Shown here one piece after another: positions 24,626 through 37,072 of a DNA stretch of 64,000 nucleotides (position 1 is the stretch's first letter; each line of letters begins with the position of its first letter). Under the pieces are notes generated by a model. That model did not search any database and was not told the origin of the DNA. It saw nothing but the letters and a program-made list of their open reading frames with translations. Source of the DNA: Mobula hypostoma (Eukaryota). The stretch is taken from assembly GCF_963921235.1 (NCBI RefSeq), contig NC_086108.1:49602001-49666000 (forward strand). The letters run 5' to 3'. Position numbers and translations under genes: made by a program.

Positions 24626-25849
24626 TCTTTCTAAAATCCGGCAGAATTCTTTCACATGCACCAGCTCATTGAGGGCAGGCTTAGTCTACAGTCTCAGGTG
24701 TTATGCAAAGAAAGGATATGGAAAATGTGAAAATTTGTTGCTAAATTGAAAGTCTTGCTAATGATATGCAACAAAATCAAATTAAGTGTATAATTCCTGA
24801 AACAAGTCAATGTATCTTTAAGAAAGCTCAACGTGGAAGTACAGGAATTGTAATTTGAATCTCACCTGGGATTTAGCTAATTTGATGACATTGCTTCTGG
24901 GCGAACACTGCAAAATTAAAAGAACGCTGTCCTGATCTTCACATGTAATCTTCAACCTGGGCTGAATAGTGTATCTGTAATTGGCAGTAAGGGTGGTGGC
25001 TTAATGCTATTTGAAAAAGCAAGTAGCTAGTGCACTCTTGATCCTGTAGAAAAAGCAAGGCAGATTCCTGGGAGTTTTTGTCAACTCCATTTCCCTTGAA
25101 TACCACTGCCAATTCATGCACGTAATCACAAATAGCACACCAACTAAACACCCAGTGTATTTCAGGGTTAAATGGCCTGATGGGCATTATAGCCAAAAAT
25201 TCTGATGCGTATCCTAGTATTCAGAAGCTTCATTAGTGAAACTTTTACATTGATTATTACTGATTGAATGTGATTAATCATTTCTAAATCAATTCTTTAA
25301 AAAAATTAATAAGCACAAATATGTTTATTGCGTCCATCATTCATGCTTGCCAATCCAATTTCAATCTCTTAACCATGTCCTCATAGAGATTTATCTGCTA
25401 TTCCTTTGCCATCTGCTATTTCTCTCCCATCTGCTTAACAATCAAAGGCATCTGGGTAAACTGGCTGTTTTCTTCACAACAGAATCCCCAAAATGTCGAA
25501 TGACCCTGTCAGCATTCTTGAATGTGTTCCATTTGAACATATTGCTGCATGAATATTCAGATCTTTATTTTCTCATTTACATTGTACTTTTTAATTATCA
25601 TCCCCATCAGTTCAAATGTCACATTGACACCAGATGGTAGAATTTCACCGAGCAGTGAGAAACACATGGATTTGGTTCTCATATCATAGATTGAGCTTGC
25701 AATCTGTCCTTAAATTCACCTTTGATAGTTTTCCATGGATCAGTTTGGGTGAATTTTTACAGAGTGGTGGTAACGGGTTTGCTGTTCGCAAAGTTCGGAA
25801 CTCAAACAAAAATCTCAAGCCCTATCTGATATAGATAGCGATGGGTACC

Positions 25850-27230
25850 CTCTCTAATTAGCCAAGATGAGTAACTTCAGTAGAATTTGGAGGTGGTACA
25901 CACTACTGTCACTGGAAGTTGGCGTGCCAACCAATAGGCTGCTCTATTCTGGGCAAATGCAGTGTATGCAACCATACTCTGGACTCTGCCTTCCGAATAG
26001 TGAAAAGGGCTTTGGTGGATTGGGGGAGGTGCCTTACAACCTACACTTGATGCCAGGGCTTTTATATGTCTCATCCATTGTGTTATTTGTGCTTCTGGTC
26101 GGTGGTAATCCCAAGGATGATGATGATGAAAGGCTTGGTATTCATGTTGGCATTGAATGTCATGTGTAGATGTCTGGTCTGTTATTAGAGTCGGTCATTA
26201 TTATCATTTTTATGGTGCAAATGACATTTGTTACTTACTAGTCCATGTATGAATATTATCTCCGCCTTGCTGCATGCAAGCAAGACTCCTCCATTTGCTG
26301 AGGAGTTGTGGTTGGAATTAAGTACTGTACAGTCATCACCGCAGAAGGAAGGTGATTAACGCAGCAGTTGAAGATCATAAGAGCTTAAGACATAGGAGCA
26401 GAATTGGGCTATTTGCCTCATTCCATCAAGGCTGATTTATTATCTCTTGTAACCCCATTCTCCTGCCTTCTTCCTGTAACCCTTGATTCCCTTACTAAGC
26501 AGGAAACTATCAACCTCCACTTTAAATATACCCAGTGACGTGACCTCTGCGGCTGTCTGTGACAATGAAATCCTCAGATTCACCACCCTCTGGCCAAAGA
26601 AGTTCCTCCTCATCTCTGCTTGAAAGGGGCATTCTACTATTCTGAGGCTGTGCCCTCTGGTCCTAGACTCCCCCACTATAGGAAACATCCTCTGCACAAT
26701 GCTGTCTGATTTCATGGCTTTGGCACATTGTGCTCTCGGCTGGAATGAATGAACTTGGCTGAAGACCAGCTTCTCTGGAAATAAGGAATTTACAGAATAA
26801 CATCTGGGGTTTAGGTATGCAAGCAACACCCATATCCCTGAGGGAAGAGGCAATGAGATGGGTTAGTAAGCCAGGAGTTTGATCATGTATGATGCTTACA
26901 CAGAAAGGGTGGTCCTGGCAGTGACAGTTAAAGGGATACTTCATTTATTGAGGAATATGTGATCGCAATTACGGTTCAGGTCAAGTGTGCTCAATGCTGG
27001 AACGACAGAATGCAGGTCATTATTCAGACTTGATCTTTTCTTTTCAGGCACATACTGAGTGGATTCATTTTCTACGTGAGTGTCCAGCTCCTCCACCACA
27101 AATCCAAAGCAATTTTTTTTGAAAAGCAGAGTGCCCACTCCCAAGTCTGTCCTGCTACTTTTCTGAACAGTGTAACCCCAAGTTACATTAAACATTAACA
27201 CCACAGGCAACTGCTTCAAGTCGTCCAGGT
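25850..27230 (-). mobile_element. Ancient CR1-group LINE remnant, interrupted by a younger CR1 3' fragment at ~26375-26695 (-)
   Basis: Minus strand atcttcaactgctgcgttaatcaccttcc...gatgactgtaca...gcatgcagcaag resembles a decayed RT core. The younger tail encodes RMFPIVGESRTRGHSLRI. Confidence 0.55.
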
Positions 27231-27237
27231 TTTAAAA

Positions 27238-27630
27238 GATCATAACAAACAGGGGCAGAGTTAGACCATTCAGCCCATCAAGTCTGCCCTGTCATTTGAG
27301 CATGGCTGATTTATTTTCCCTCTGAACCCCATTCTCCAGCCTTCTTCCCATAACCTTTGACACCCTTATTAAGGAAGAACATTTGTTAACATATGAGGAA
27401 CATTTGATGGCACAGAACTTATAATCACTCATGTTTAGAAGAATGGGAGGGGTGGGGTAATACCATTAAAACCTACAGAAAATATTGAAAGACATAGAGA
27501 GAACATGTTTCCAATAGTGTGAAAGTCTAGGACTCAGGGCACAGCCTCAGAATAAAAGGAACAGGGTGGATTTTAGAACAGGAGGGATTTGTTTAACCAG
27601 AAGGTGGTGAATCTGTGGTATTCATTGCCT
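27238..27630. mobile_element. Two decayed CR1 3' fragments in opposite orientation
   Basis: 27238-27380 is a minus-strand tail; 27385-27630 is a plus-strand ORF2 C-terminal remnant. Confidence 0.65.
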
Positions 27631-27720
27631 TGATCAGAGTAATTTTTGCTCTAATAGCATTGGAATAATATTCCATGCTCATAGGTTCACCACCCCATCC
27701 ATCACAAAACCACTTTAGAC

Positions 27721-27750
27721 TATATATATATATATCTGTCTGTCTGCCTG
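27721..27750. repeat. Compound microsatellite (TA)n(TCTG)n
   Basis: tatatatatatatatctgtctgtctgcctg. Confidence 0.85.
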
Positions 27751-27819
27751 ACTGTGTGATTGAATTTTGGTCCTAATATTCATGATGCATTGATTAATAG
27801 GCAAGAGTAGATAAACAAT

Positions 27820-28215
27820 AAATTTGAGGGGGGATCTGATTGAAATGTATAAAATCCTAAAGGGATTGGACAGGCTAGATGTTGCCCGATGTTGGGGAAG
27901 TCCAGAACGAGGGGTCACAGTTTGAGGATAAAGGCGAAGCCTTTCTGGACTGAGATTAGGAAAAACTTCTTCACACAGAGAGTGGTGAGTCTGTGGAATT
28001 CTCTGCCACAGGAAACAGTTGAGGGCAGTTCATTGGCTATATTTAAGAGGGAGTTAGATATGGCCCTTGTGGCTACGGGGATCAGGGGGTATGGAGGGAA
28101 GGCTGGTGCAGGGTTCTGAGTTGGATGATCAGCCATGATCATAATAAATGGCGGTGCAGGCTCGAAGGGCCGAATGGCCTACTCCTGCACCTATTTTCTA
28201 TGTTTTCTATGTTTT
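27820..28215 (+). mobile_element. Young CR1 3' fragment, same subfamily as 23308-24604
   Basis: Near-identical to the reverse complement of 23310-23715. Confidence 0.93.
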
Positions 28216-28299
28216 TCTAATTTTCTAATAATCTAATTTTCTGTCAATGCACCAAAGAACAATGTTTTAAAATGACCAATAATCAGTTCTTTCAGCAAG

Positions 28300-31200
28300 G
28301 AATTTTATTAGCAATTTAAGAAATAATTTGAAAGTTTATGATACACAAAACAGAATATTTGATTTCTGATTATTAAATCCATCATCACATCATCTTCAGT
28401 ATCAATAATTAAAGATAATACACAGGAAATGTTCTATAATTAATCATATTTTAAGATATGTGAGATTACTAAGGGGTCACTTAGTGGTTAATGCATATCC
28501 TCTCACCAAAAACGTCTAGACAACAATGTGCAGACGACCCAATCGGTGATCAGACACAAGTAAGTGGCATGCTGTGAACAGTGCAAAATTTAATGGGTTC
28601 CACATCAAATAGGAAAGGAAAACAAAACACCAACTGTTTTAATTCAATTACAGCTCACCAGCTCAGCGCACAACCACACGCTTAATCATGTAGAATAAAT
28701 ACCACCCTCAGCTACTCCTGGCTTGTTTAGTTAAAGATATTACACCTACACAACAGTCTCAATCTTATATGCTTTGAGGCCATTACCATATCACTTTTGC
28801 CTGCCAACAATTTAAAGTGGGTCAGTGGATTTGCTTTCATAACAATGATAGAAGCAATAGTGAAATTCCTGAAGCAAAATGTCAGAGTGTGATGGACAGG
28901 TGAGAGCCAATAACCATGCCTTATTATGACAATGTGGCATATAACATAAAAGTTACAGATACAGCTGATTTGGCCCATCTTAATTCAAAAAGGTGTCCGA
29001 AGGTATCTCGCTCATTGAGCTCATTTTGTCAAACAAGCATCCTTTCTAAATGCTCTGAAACATTAAATAACAGTCAACAGCTTATTCCTATGCAGCATGC
29101 CCTTTTGTTTCTTGAATGCACTCTGCATAAAAGTTTATACACATCTGATTGCATTATGCATGCATTTGTGCCATCCAGAACCAGACCCAAGGAAACTGTT
29201 AGCTTTTAGCTAGTGAATACTGTATTCAAAAACTCCTTTAAATGTTGGAGTGATAGAGAAAGGTTGTTGTTAATTAAGAAATTTAATGATATATTGAATA
29301 TTACACTGGATGCATTTTTTCCACATTGATTCACACCTACACATATTTCAATCAAGTCATTACATCAAGGAGAATGTCACAAATATCAGTAGCACAATAA
29401 AAATATGTTATCGACTAAATCTGACTCATTTGCACTGTATATTTAAAGAAAGGGGTAACTAATACAGATGTACACACTGACCTCTGAATGACCACCAGAA
29501 CAGGGGAGGAGGTTGGGTTTACACGTGTGGTGGCTACAAGGGTTTTTTTGGAATCACTTAATTAATCTGTAGAAATTCCTTGATTCATTTTGCAGAACAT
29601 CACTGGCTGAGTGTTGCCAAACAATATAGTTAAATTATCCCACGCCAGGGTGTAACAGCATCTCATTAGGTTATAATTTTACTTAACAAATTCCATTGTG
29701 CATTATTTACTAACAGCATACATTTTCCAGGTCCAAATAATACTGCTAATCATTCAAATTAGTTTAGTAAAAAGAATTCTAACTTCTAGATTATTATATC
29801 AGGCTTGTATAGAAAAAAAGATTATAAAAGTGGAGTCTGTTTTCTAAAACAGTGCAATTTAGAAACAGAAATACATTTCAAGCGCTTGGGAAAGAATTGC
29901 CATACATGAAACTATTTACTTTTTGTTTGCATTTCATTTGTGAACAAAGACTGTAATGTTGGTCAGGAGAAATGGTATTTTGATAACTTTTTACAGAAAA
30001 GTGTTATTACATTGAGATTTCAGATTGAGGAATTAGAATTTGTTTCTTAAAAGATATGGGATTCATATAGATCTCAGCCAGCATTATGCCAGCAAGAAAC
30101 TATTTTGTTTAATTTTTTTCATAAAAATGGCATCTAGCTGGAGAATCTTGAAAGCATGCACTTGGATAATTTACAGCTCGTAAATTGAGCACACATCACT
30201 TTAGTATTATACTTGAATGACAGTAAAATGAAAGCATCATGGAAATGATATAGAATCCTTTCATTACATGTGCCTAGTATCTGAGCATCAGAGACAATCG
30301 TGCAACATTAAAGGTTAAACTACTAGTGGAGATGGACACTAGACAATGCTGAACGAGATCAGTCACACACACCGTACATTAAAGGATACATCTGACAGTT
30401 TTGTGCAATTATTAACAGAAGGTGGGTACTTTCGACAAGAATCTGCATCAATTCAAATCTGTAAAGTTTTTATAGCACGACATTTCAGAGACGACTGAAT
30501 GAGCAGGCTCATTGCTAATGTAAGCTGATCCTGTAATAAAATGATAGGGTGTGTTTAACACAATGGTGGTCAGAATAATAAAAACATTTGTTAAAGAGGT
30601 TCTCCGTTGTCAGTTGAAGATATTGCTAAGATAAAATAATTAAATATAGCAAGATCCAGTAATCAGCTAGAGACACAAGAGACAGCAGATGCTGAAATCT
30701 GGAGCAACAGGCAATCTGCTGGAGGAACTCAGTAGGTCAAATAGCATCGGTGAGGAGGACAAGGAATTGTTGATGTTCCTTTCTTCCCACTGAAAGTGTT
30801 CAACTTACTGAGTATAATAACTCATTCTTGTATTATTTTAATTTTAATTTCAGTACTTTGTTCAAAATTTTTATCATAAGATTCACAACATCTTCAGAAG
30901 TGACACACTTCCAAAACTGATCATTGTTTCAAATTGGGCTAAACCTAGCCAAAATAAATTTGAACTAGAACCCGAGACGTTTACAGTCTTATAAAATCAT
31001 AAAGAGCTTGGATCAAAAACAATTAAAAATTCCCTACAATACTAAGATGAACTGGTCTTAAAAAAAAATCACCTTTTGGATCTCTTGCAATATGCAATGC
31101 TCTGAGAATATCAGTTAACATGAATATGTCCACAGCAGAATTGGACAAAAGAGTAATAAAATAAATCTCAATTTACAATGACATTTTACAAAATTAAATT

Positions 31201-32425
31201 TATTACATGTTAAAGAGGCATTACATCTGAAAGATTTGGATCCAGGGAGTAAAGTAGATGTCAACTCTCAATGTTACTGATGTTGTATGTTTGGATTACT
31301 TAGGCAATGGAGGGAACCACAACAGCTGGAAGATAATCCTAACTCACTCATAAAGTAAGTAAATGAAATAAGTTAAGCAAAAAAGAACACAGACTTCTTT
31401 GCTTCAACTTCTAACTACCAAGGGTGAAAGTATTGCTGTGGCTTACCAGGCAGATAATTTTAATGATTATGATTCTATTCTCAAACTTTCTTGAACATTT
31501 TGTGTTCCAACATTATAGTAGTCAATTTATTTGTAAAAAAAATGTAGCTACTTCTTTGATCATCAGCTGTTAAGCAGTGCAGAACCTACAATTTCTGATT
31601 ATTTTTCTGTGTTTTCTACTTCTACATAGAAACTTAAATACATACCTAAATCTTAGTGTGATCTTAATCACACTTATTTGAATTTTACCATTAATACCTG
31701 GCAAAGTTTACTGATAATAGACTGATGAAGCATGGACAAAGTATTGCTTTAATTTTGAATATTGAGGGAGGTTCTACTTATTTTGCTTTTATGCCTATTT
31801 TACCACAGCAACTAAAATATAATTCTGAGATGGAGACTAATATTATTGTCAATTTGTTTTTTCTCCAAACATTGATGGATTTTTTTTTAAGTTTTCCTTT
31901 TTGTGATATGAAGAATACCTGCAATATTGTCCAGGTAATTATTTTGTTCCAAAGGAAAACAATTGATTGCTTGAACATATAACATTTATTAAACACAGAA
32001 GCAGTTCTTTGAAATAGACATGCTACTAACTGCAAGTCCTTGATCACAAACCCAGAAGGCACACAACCAGGTTGCGTTGAAGTTGAAAACAGCACAGAGA
32101 GGGTAGGAACTTGCTGCAAAGAAACATACATAAATCTACTGTAGTGAAAAAAGAGGGAATAGTTATACTGATGTTTGGTAACCTGGAATAATAGGAAGAT
32201 TAGCACAAGAATCAAAACTGGGCAGCACAGAGGAAGAGACACGGGTAGACATTGATAAGTCGTATGCAGTTCACACAGTGCATTCTGTCAATAGTGCTTC
32301 TACTTTGATTGTACAGTGGAAACGGCAGACACGAGAAGCTCTGTACATGTAAGCAGAAGAGCAGTGGTACAGTTTTACTGAGAGGGAGACTGTAAGCTGT
32401 GCTTTCTGGTCTTCACAGCAGAACT
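28300..32425 (-). other. NMNAT2: Probable long NMNAT2 3' UTR
   Basis: About 4 kb, AT-rich and nearly repeat-free, directly after the stop. Minus-strand poly(A) candidates: AATAAA at 31985-31990, 31199-31204 and 28304-28309; ATTAAA at 29282-29287. Confidence 0.5.
30670..30813 (-). mobile_element. Old Penelope terminal remnant within the putative NMNAT2 3' UTR
   Basis: acacaagagacagcagatgctgaaatctggagcaac...ctgctggaggaactcag. Confidence 0.65.
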
Positions 32426-32528
32426 TTATCCAGATGTCTTGATGTAGAGCTGATTCTGCAGGATGTAATCAATAACTGGCTGGCTCAAATATTCCACCAC
32501 ATGTCCATCACCATGTTGCAAAGCAAGT
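32426..32528 (-). CDS. NMNAT2: NMNAT2 terminal coding exon ([33 protein letters not shown])
   Basis: gatAG acceptor, phase 2, TAA stop. Matches human [33 protein letters not shown]. Confidence 0.96.
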
Positions 32529-32754
32529 CTATCAGATACAAATAAAAATAATTTAGTCATAATCTAATTTTGCAATCTAAGCATGTCCACCTACTTTACT
32601 GTTGTTTTTTTCCAGTTGTAATTGAGGGTAAAAGAAAGAAGGTTTGAAATGAAGTTACCATTAGCTATTCAATTGCAAACCTTTCCAGTTCAAGATTGGG
32701 GTTTTCATCCAGCATATGCAACAGATGATTGAGGTTCTAAATTGGCTATTCTGT

Positions 32755-33600
32755 TATTAGTTTGTTATTGTTATCACCACACGTACTGAGGTACAGTGAG
32801 AAACTTGTCTTGCATGCCATCCTTACAGATTTCTTCATTACAACAGTGCCTTGAGGTAGTACAAGCATAAAGTGTTGCAGAAAAGTTGCAGAAGAGTACA
32901 GAAAAAGTGTACAGCAAGTAAACAATAAAGTGGAAGGTCACAATGAGGTAGATTGTGAAGTCAAGAGTCCATCTTATTGCATTGGGGCAACATTAACTGG
33001 TTTTATAGTAGAGGGACAGAACCTATTCTTGAGACCAGCGGGACATGCTTTCATATCTTCTGCCCAATGTAATGCGGCAGAAGAGAAAGTATACAAGATT
33101 GGTGGGATCTTTGATAATGCTGGCTGCTTTACTGAGGCAGTGAAAAGTGTAGGCAGAATTGATGTGTGGGAGGCTAGTTTCCGTGATATGTTGAGCTGTG
33201 TCTACAACTTTCTGCAGTGCATTGCGGTCATGTGCAGACCAAGCCATGATGCGTCCGGATCGGATACTTTCTATGGTGCTTTGATGAAATTGTTGAAAGT
33301 CAAAGAGGTCATATCAAATTTCTTTAGTAGAGGTGCTGGTGAGCTTTCTTGACTGTGGCATCAAAGTGGTTGGCTAGGGCAGTTGATTGGTGATGTTCAT
33401 TCCTGGGAATTTAAAACTCTCAAACCTCTGATGTCAGCAGTGTTGATGCAAACAGGAATGTGTGCATTGCCCCCACTTTCTGAAGAAAATTACCAGCTCT
33501 TTTGATTTGCTGACATCGAGGGAAAGGTTGTTGTGATGACACCATGTCACTAGGCTCTTATCTCCTTCCTGTACTCCGACACAATGTTCTTTGAGTTACA
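32755..33600 (-). mobile_element. Decayed Rex1/Babar-type LINE 3' part
   Basis: ORF 33023-33247 DRNALQKVVDTAQHIT...CLSKAASIIKDP. Confidence 0.8.
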
Positions 33601-35527
33601 GCTCAAGGTTCAACGTTCATACTGATACTGTACCATAATGATATCAGCATAAAAGATTAGAAAATTCCACTGATATGCTTTATGAATAGCTTATCAGTGC
33701 TCTTATGACTCATTAGAAAGGGTGAGTCAAAACAAGGCAGGAAAAAGTGGAATGGCCATTCGTGGAGTGGCATTGTTGTAAGTGGGACAGTGTTGGAGTG
33801 GCTTTGGCTCACCAGGCTTGGGCGAAGTAAGTATCTGGTAAGTTTTACTTTTTCTTTCTTCTTTATTCTCTTTTCTTATCTGTTAGGGCACAATTAGTGC
33901 AGTGAGAATGGCTCCAGGGGCAGTGTTTTGTTCTGTGTGTGAGATGTGGGAATTCTGGGAGGCTTCCAGCCTCTTGGATAACCACATCTGCGCCACATGC
34001 ACCAAGCTGCAGATGTTCAGAGAACACATTATGGAACTGGAACTGCAGCTTGATGACCTTCGGTGAGGAGTTACAGGGAGGTTGCTCAAGGCAGGTGACT
34101 GGGTGACTCTCAGGAGAAGGAAGGTAAATGGGAAGCCAGTGCAGAATGCCCCGTGGCCGTTTCCCTCAATAATAAGTATACCACTTGACAACTTACCAGG
34201 GCAGAGCCGCAGTGTCCAGGTCTCTGGCACTCACTGGCTCAGAAGAGAAGAGGGGTGAAGAGAACTGCAGTAGTGATAGGAGATTCCATAGTCAGAGGAA
34301 CAGAGGAGACTCTGTGGGCACAATGGAGACAGGAGGATGGTATGTTGCCTCCCAGGTGCAGGGATCAGGGATGTCTCGGGTTGGGTACACAGCATTCGAA
34401 AGGAGGTGGGGAAGCAGTCAGATCTTGCTACATATCAGTACCAATGACACAGGCAGGAAAGCAGATGAGGGCCTGAAGAGAGATTTTAGGAAGCTAGGTG
34501 GAAAGCTAAAAGCATTACCTCTAAGGTAGTGATCTCCGGATTGCTGCTTGTGCCACGTGCCAGTGACGGTAAGAATAGGATAACTTGTCAGATGAATGCA
34601 GGGCTGAGGAACAGGGGTTAAGATTTATGGATCATTGGGATTTCTTCTGGGGGAAGAACAATGTATACAAAAGGGAAGGGAACCTAGGGGGACCAATACC
34701 CTTGCAGGTAGGTTTGCTAGAGCTGCTTGGGAGGGTTTAAACTAATTTGGCAGGGTGATAGGGCTGAGGATGGGGCAGTTGCTTTACAAACAGAGGCAGT
34801 GCATAGTGAGACTGCTAGCAAAGACAAGCCGATGACAGGGCACAAGTGCAGTCAACAGGATGAGCTGCAATGTAAAAGGGGGACAAAATCAGTAAGGGTG
34901 ATGAATACAGTACTGAAGGTGTTATATTTGAATGCACACAGTATACGAAATAAGGTAGATGAACTTGCACAGTTAGAGATTGACATGTAAGATGTTGTGG
35001 GCATCAGTGAGTCGTGGCTGAAAGAAGATTATAGCTGGGAACTTAATGTCCAAGGAGGCATATTGTATTGAAAGGACAGGCAGGTAGTCAAGAGAGGGTG
35101 GGATGGCTCTGTTGTTAAAAAAATGAAATCAAATCATTAGAAGAAATAATGTAGGATTGGAAGGCGTAGAATAATTTTGGGTTGAGCTAAGAAACTGCAA
35201 AAGGTAAATAAACGTTGATAAGAGTGATATACAGACCTCCAAACTGTAGCAAAGATGTGGTTTACAAATTACAATGAGAGATAGAAAATGCATGTCAAAA
35301 GGATAACATTATGATAATCATGGGGGATTTCAACATGCAGGTAGATTGGGAAAATCAGGTTGGTGCTGGATCCCAAGACGGGGAATTTATAGAATGCCAA
35401 TGAGATGTTTTTTTAGAGCAGCTTGTGGTAGAGCCTCAGCTATTCTGGATTGGCTATTGTGCAATGAAGCAGAATTGATTAGAGAGCTGAAGGTGAAGGA
35501 AGCATTAGGAGACAGTGATCATAATAT

Positions 35528-37072
35528 AACAACAGGAATTCTGCAGCTGCTGGAAATTCAAGCAACATACATCAAAGTTGCTGGTGAACGCAGCAGGCCA
35601 AGTAGCATCTATGGGAAGAGGTGCAGTCGACGTTTCAGGCCGAGACCCTTCGTCAGGACTAACTGAAGGAAGAGTGAGTAAGGGATTTGAAAGCTGGAGG
35701 GGAAGGGGAGATGCAAAATGATAGGAGAAGACAGGAGGGGGAGGGATAGAGCCGAGAGCTGGACAGGTGATAGGCAAAAGGGGATACGAGAGGATCATGG
35801 GACAGGAGGTCCGGGAAGAAAGACAAGGGGGGGGCGGTGACCCAGAGGATGGGCAAGAGGTATATTCAGAGGGACAGAGGGAGAAAAATGAGAGTGAGAG
35901 AAAGAATGTGTGCATAAAAATGAGTAACAGATGGGGTACGAGGGGGAGGTGGGGCCTTAGCAGAAGTTAGAGAAGTCAATGTTCATGCCATCAGGTTGGA
36001 GGCTACCCAGACGGAATATAAGGTGTTGTTCCTCCAACCTGAGTGTGGCTTCATCTTTACAGTAGAGGAGGCCGTGGATAGACATGTCAGAATGGGAATG
36101 GGATGTGGAATTAAAATGTGTGGCCATTGGGAGATCCTGCTTTCTCTGGCGGACAGAGCGTAGATGTTCAGCAAAGCGGTCTCCCAGTCTGCGTCGGGTC
36201 TCACCAATATATAAAAGGCCACATCGGGAGCACTGGACGCAGTACATCACCCCAGTCGACTCACAGGTGAAGTGATGCCTCACCTGGAAGGACGGTTTGG
36301 GGCCCTGAATGGTGGTAAGGGAGGAAGTGTAAGGGCATGTGTAGCACTTGTTCCGCTTACACGGATAAGTGCCAGGAGGGAGATCAGTGGGGAGGGATGG
36401 GGGGGACAAATGGACAAGGGAGTTGTGTAGGGAGCGATCCCTGCGGAATGCAGAGAGGGGGGGAGGGAAAGATGTGCTTAGTGGTGGGATCCCGTTGGAG
36501 GTGGCGGAAGTTATGGAGAATAATATGTTGGACCCGGAGGCTGGTGAGGTGGTAGGTGAGGACCAGGGGAACCCTATTCCTAGTGGGGTGGTGGGAGGAT
36601 GGAGTGAGAGCAGATGTACGTGAAATGAGGGAGATGCGTTTAAGAGCAGAGTTGATAGTGGAGGAAGGGAAGCCCCTTTCTTTAAAAAATGAAGACATCT
36701 CCCTCGTCCTAGAATGAAAAGCCTCATCCTGAGAGCAGATGCGGCTGAGATGGAGGAATTGCGAGAAGGGGATGGCATTTTTGCAAGAGACAGGGTGAGA
36801 AGAGGAATAGTCCAGATAGCTGTGAGAATCAGTAGGCTTATAGTAGACATCAGTGGATAAGCTGTCTCCAGAGACAGAGACAGAAAGATCTAGAAAGGGG
36901 AGGGAGGTGTCGGAAATGGACCAGGTAAACTTGAGGGCAGGGTGAAAGTTGGAGGCAAAGTTAATAAAGTCAACGAGTTCTGCATGCGTGCAGGAAGCAG
37001 CGCCAATGCAGTCGTCGATGTAGCGAAGGAAAAGTGGGGAACAGATACCAGAATAGGCACGGAACATAGATT
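35528..37072 (-). mobile_element. Young 5'-truncated Penelope-like retroelement (RT C-terminal part, Zn finger, GIY-YIG endonuclease, hammerhead-bearing terminus)
   Basis: ORF 36384-37067 LFLRYIDDCIG/LPFLDL/YYKPTDSHSYL. After a frameshift in a C-run: PCKRNKCYTC and VMYCVQCSRCGLLYIGETRRRLGDRFAEH to the stop at 35957. 13-bp TSD GTGATCATAATAT at 35515-35527 and 37073-37085. Confidence 0.95.
35625..35660 (-). ncRNA. Minimal type I hammerhead ribozyme motif, intact core
   Basis: Minus strand reads AGTC-CTGACGA-AGGGTCTCGGCCT-GAAA-CGTC-GACT. Confidence 0.75.

Noticed and set aside
31778..32242. 154-aa hydrophobic ORF just after the NMNAT2 stop
   Set aside because: GTG start and composition expected from a U-rich 3' UTR; no recognisable homology.
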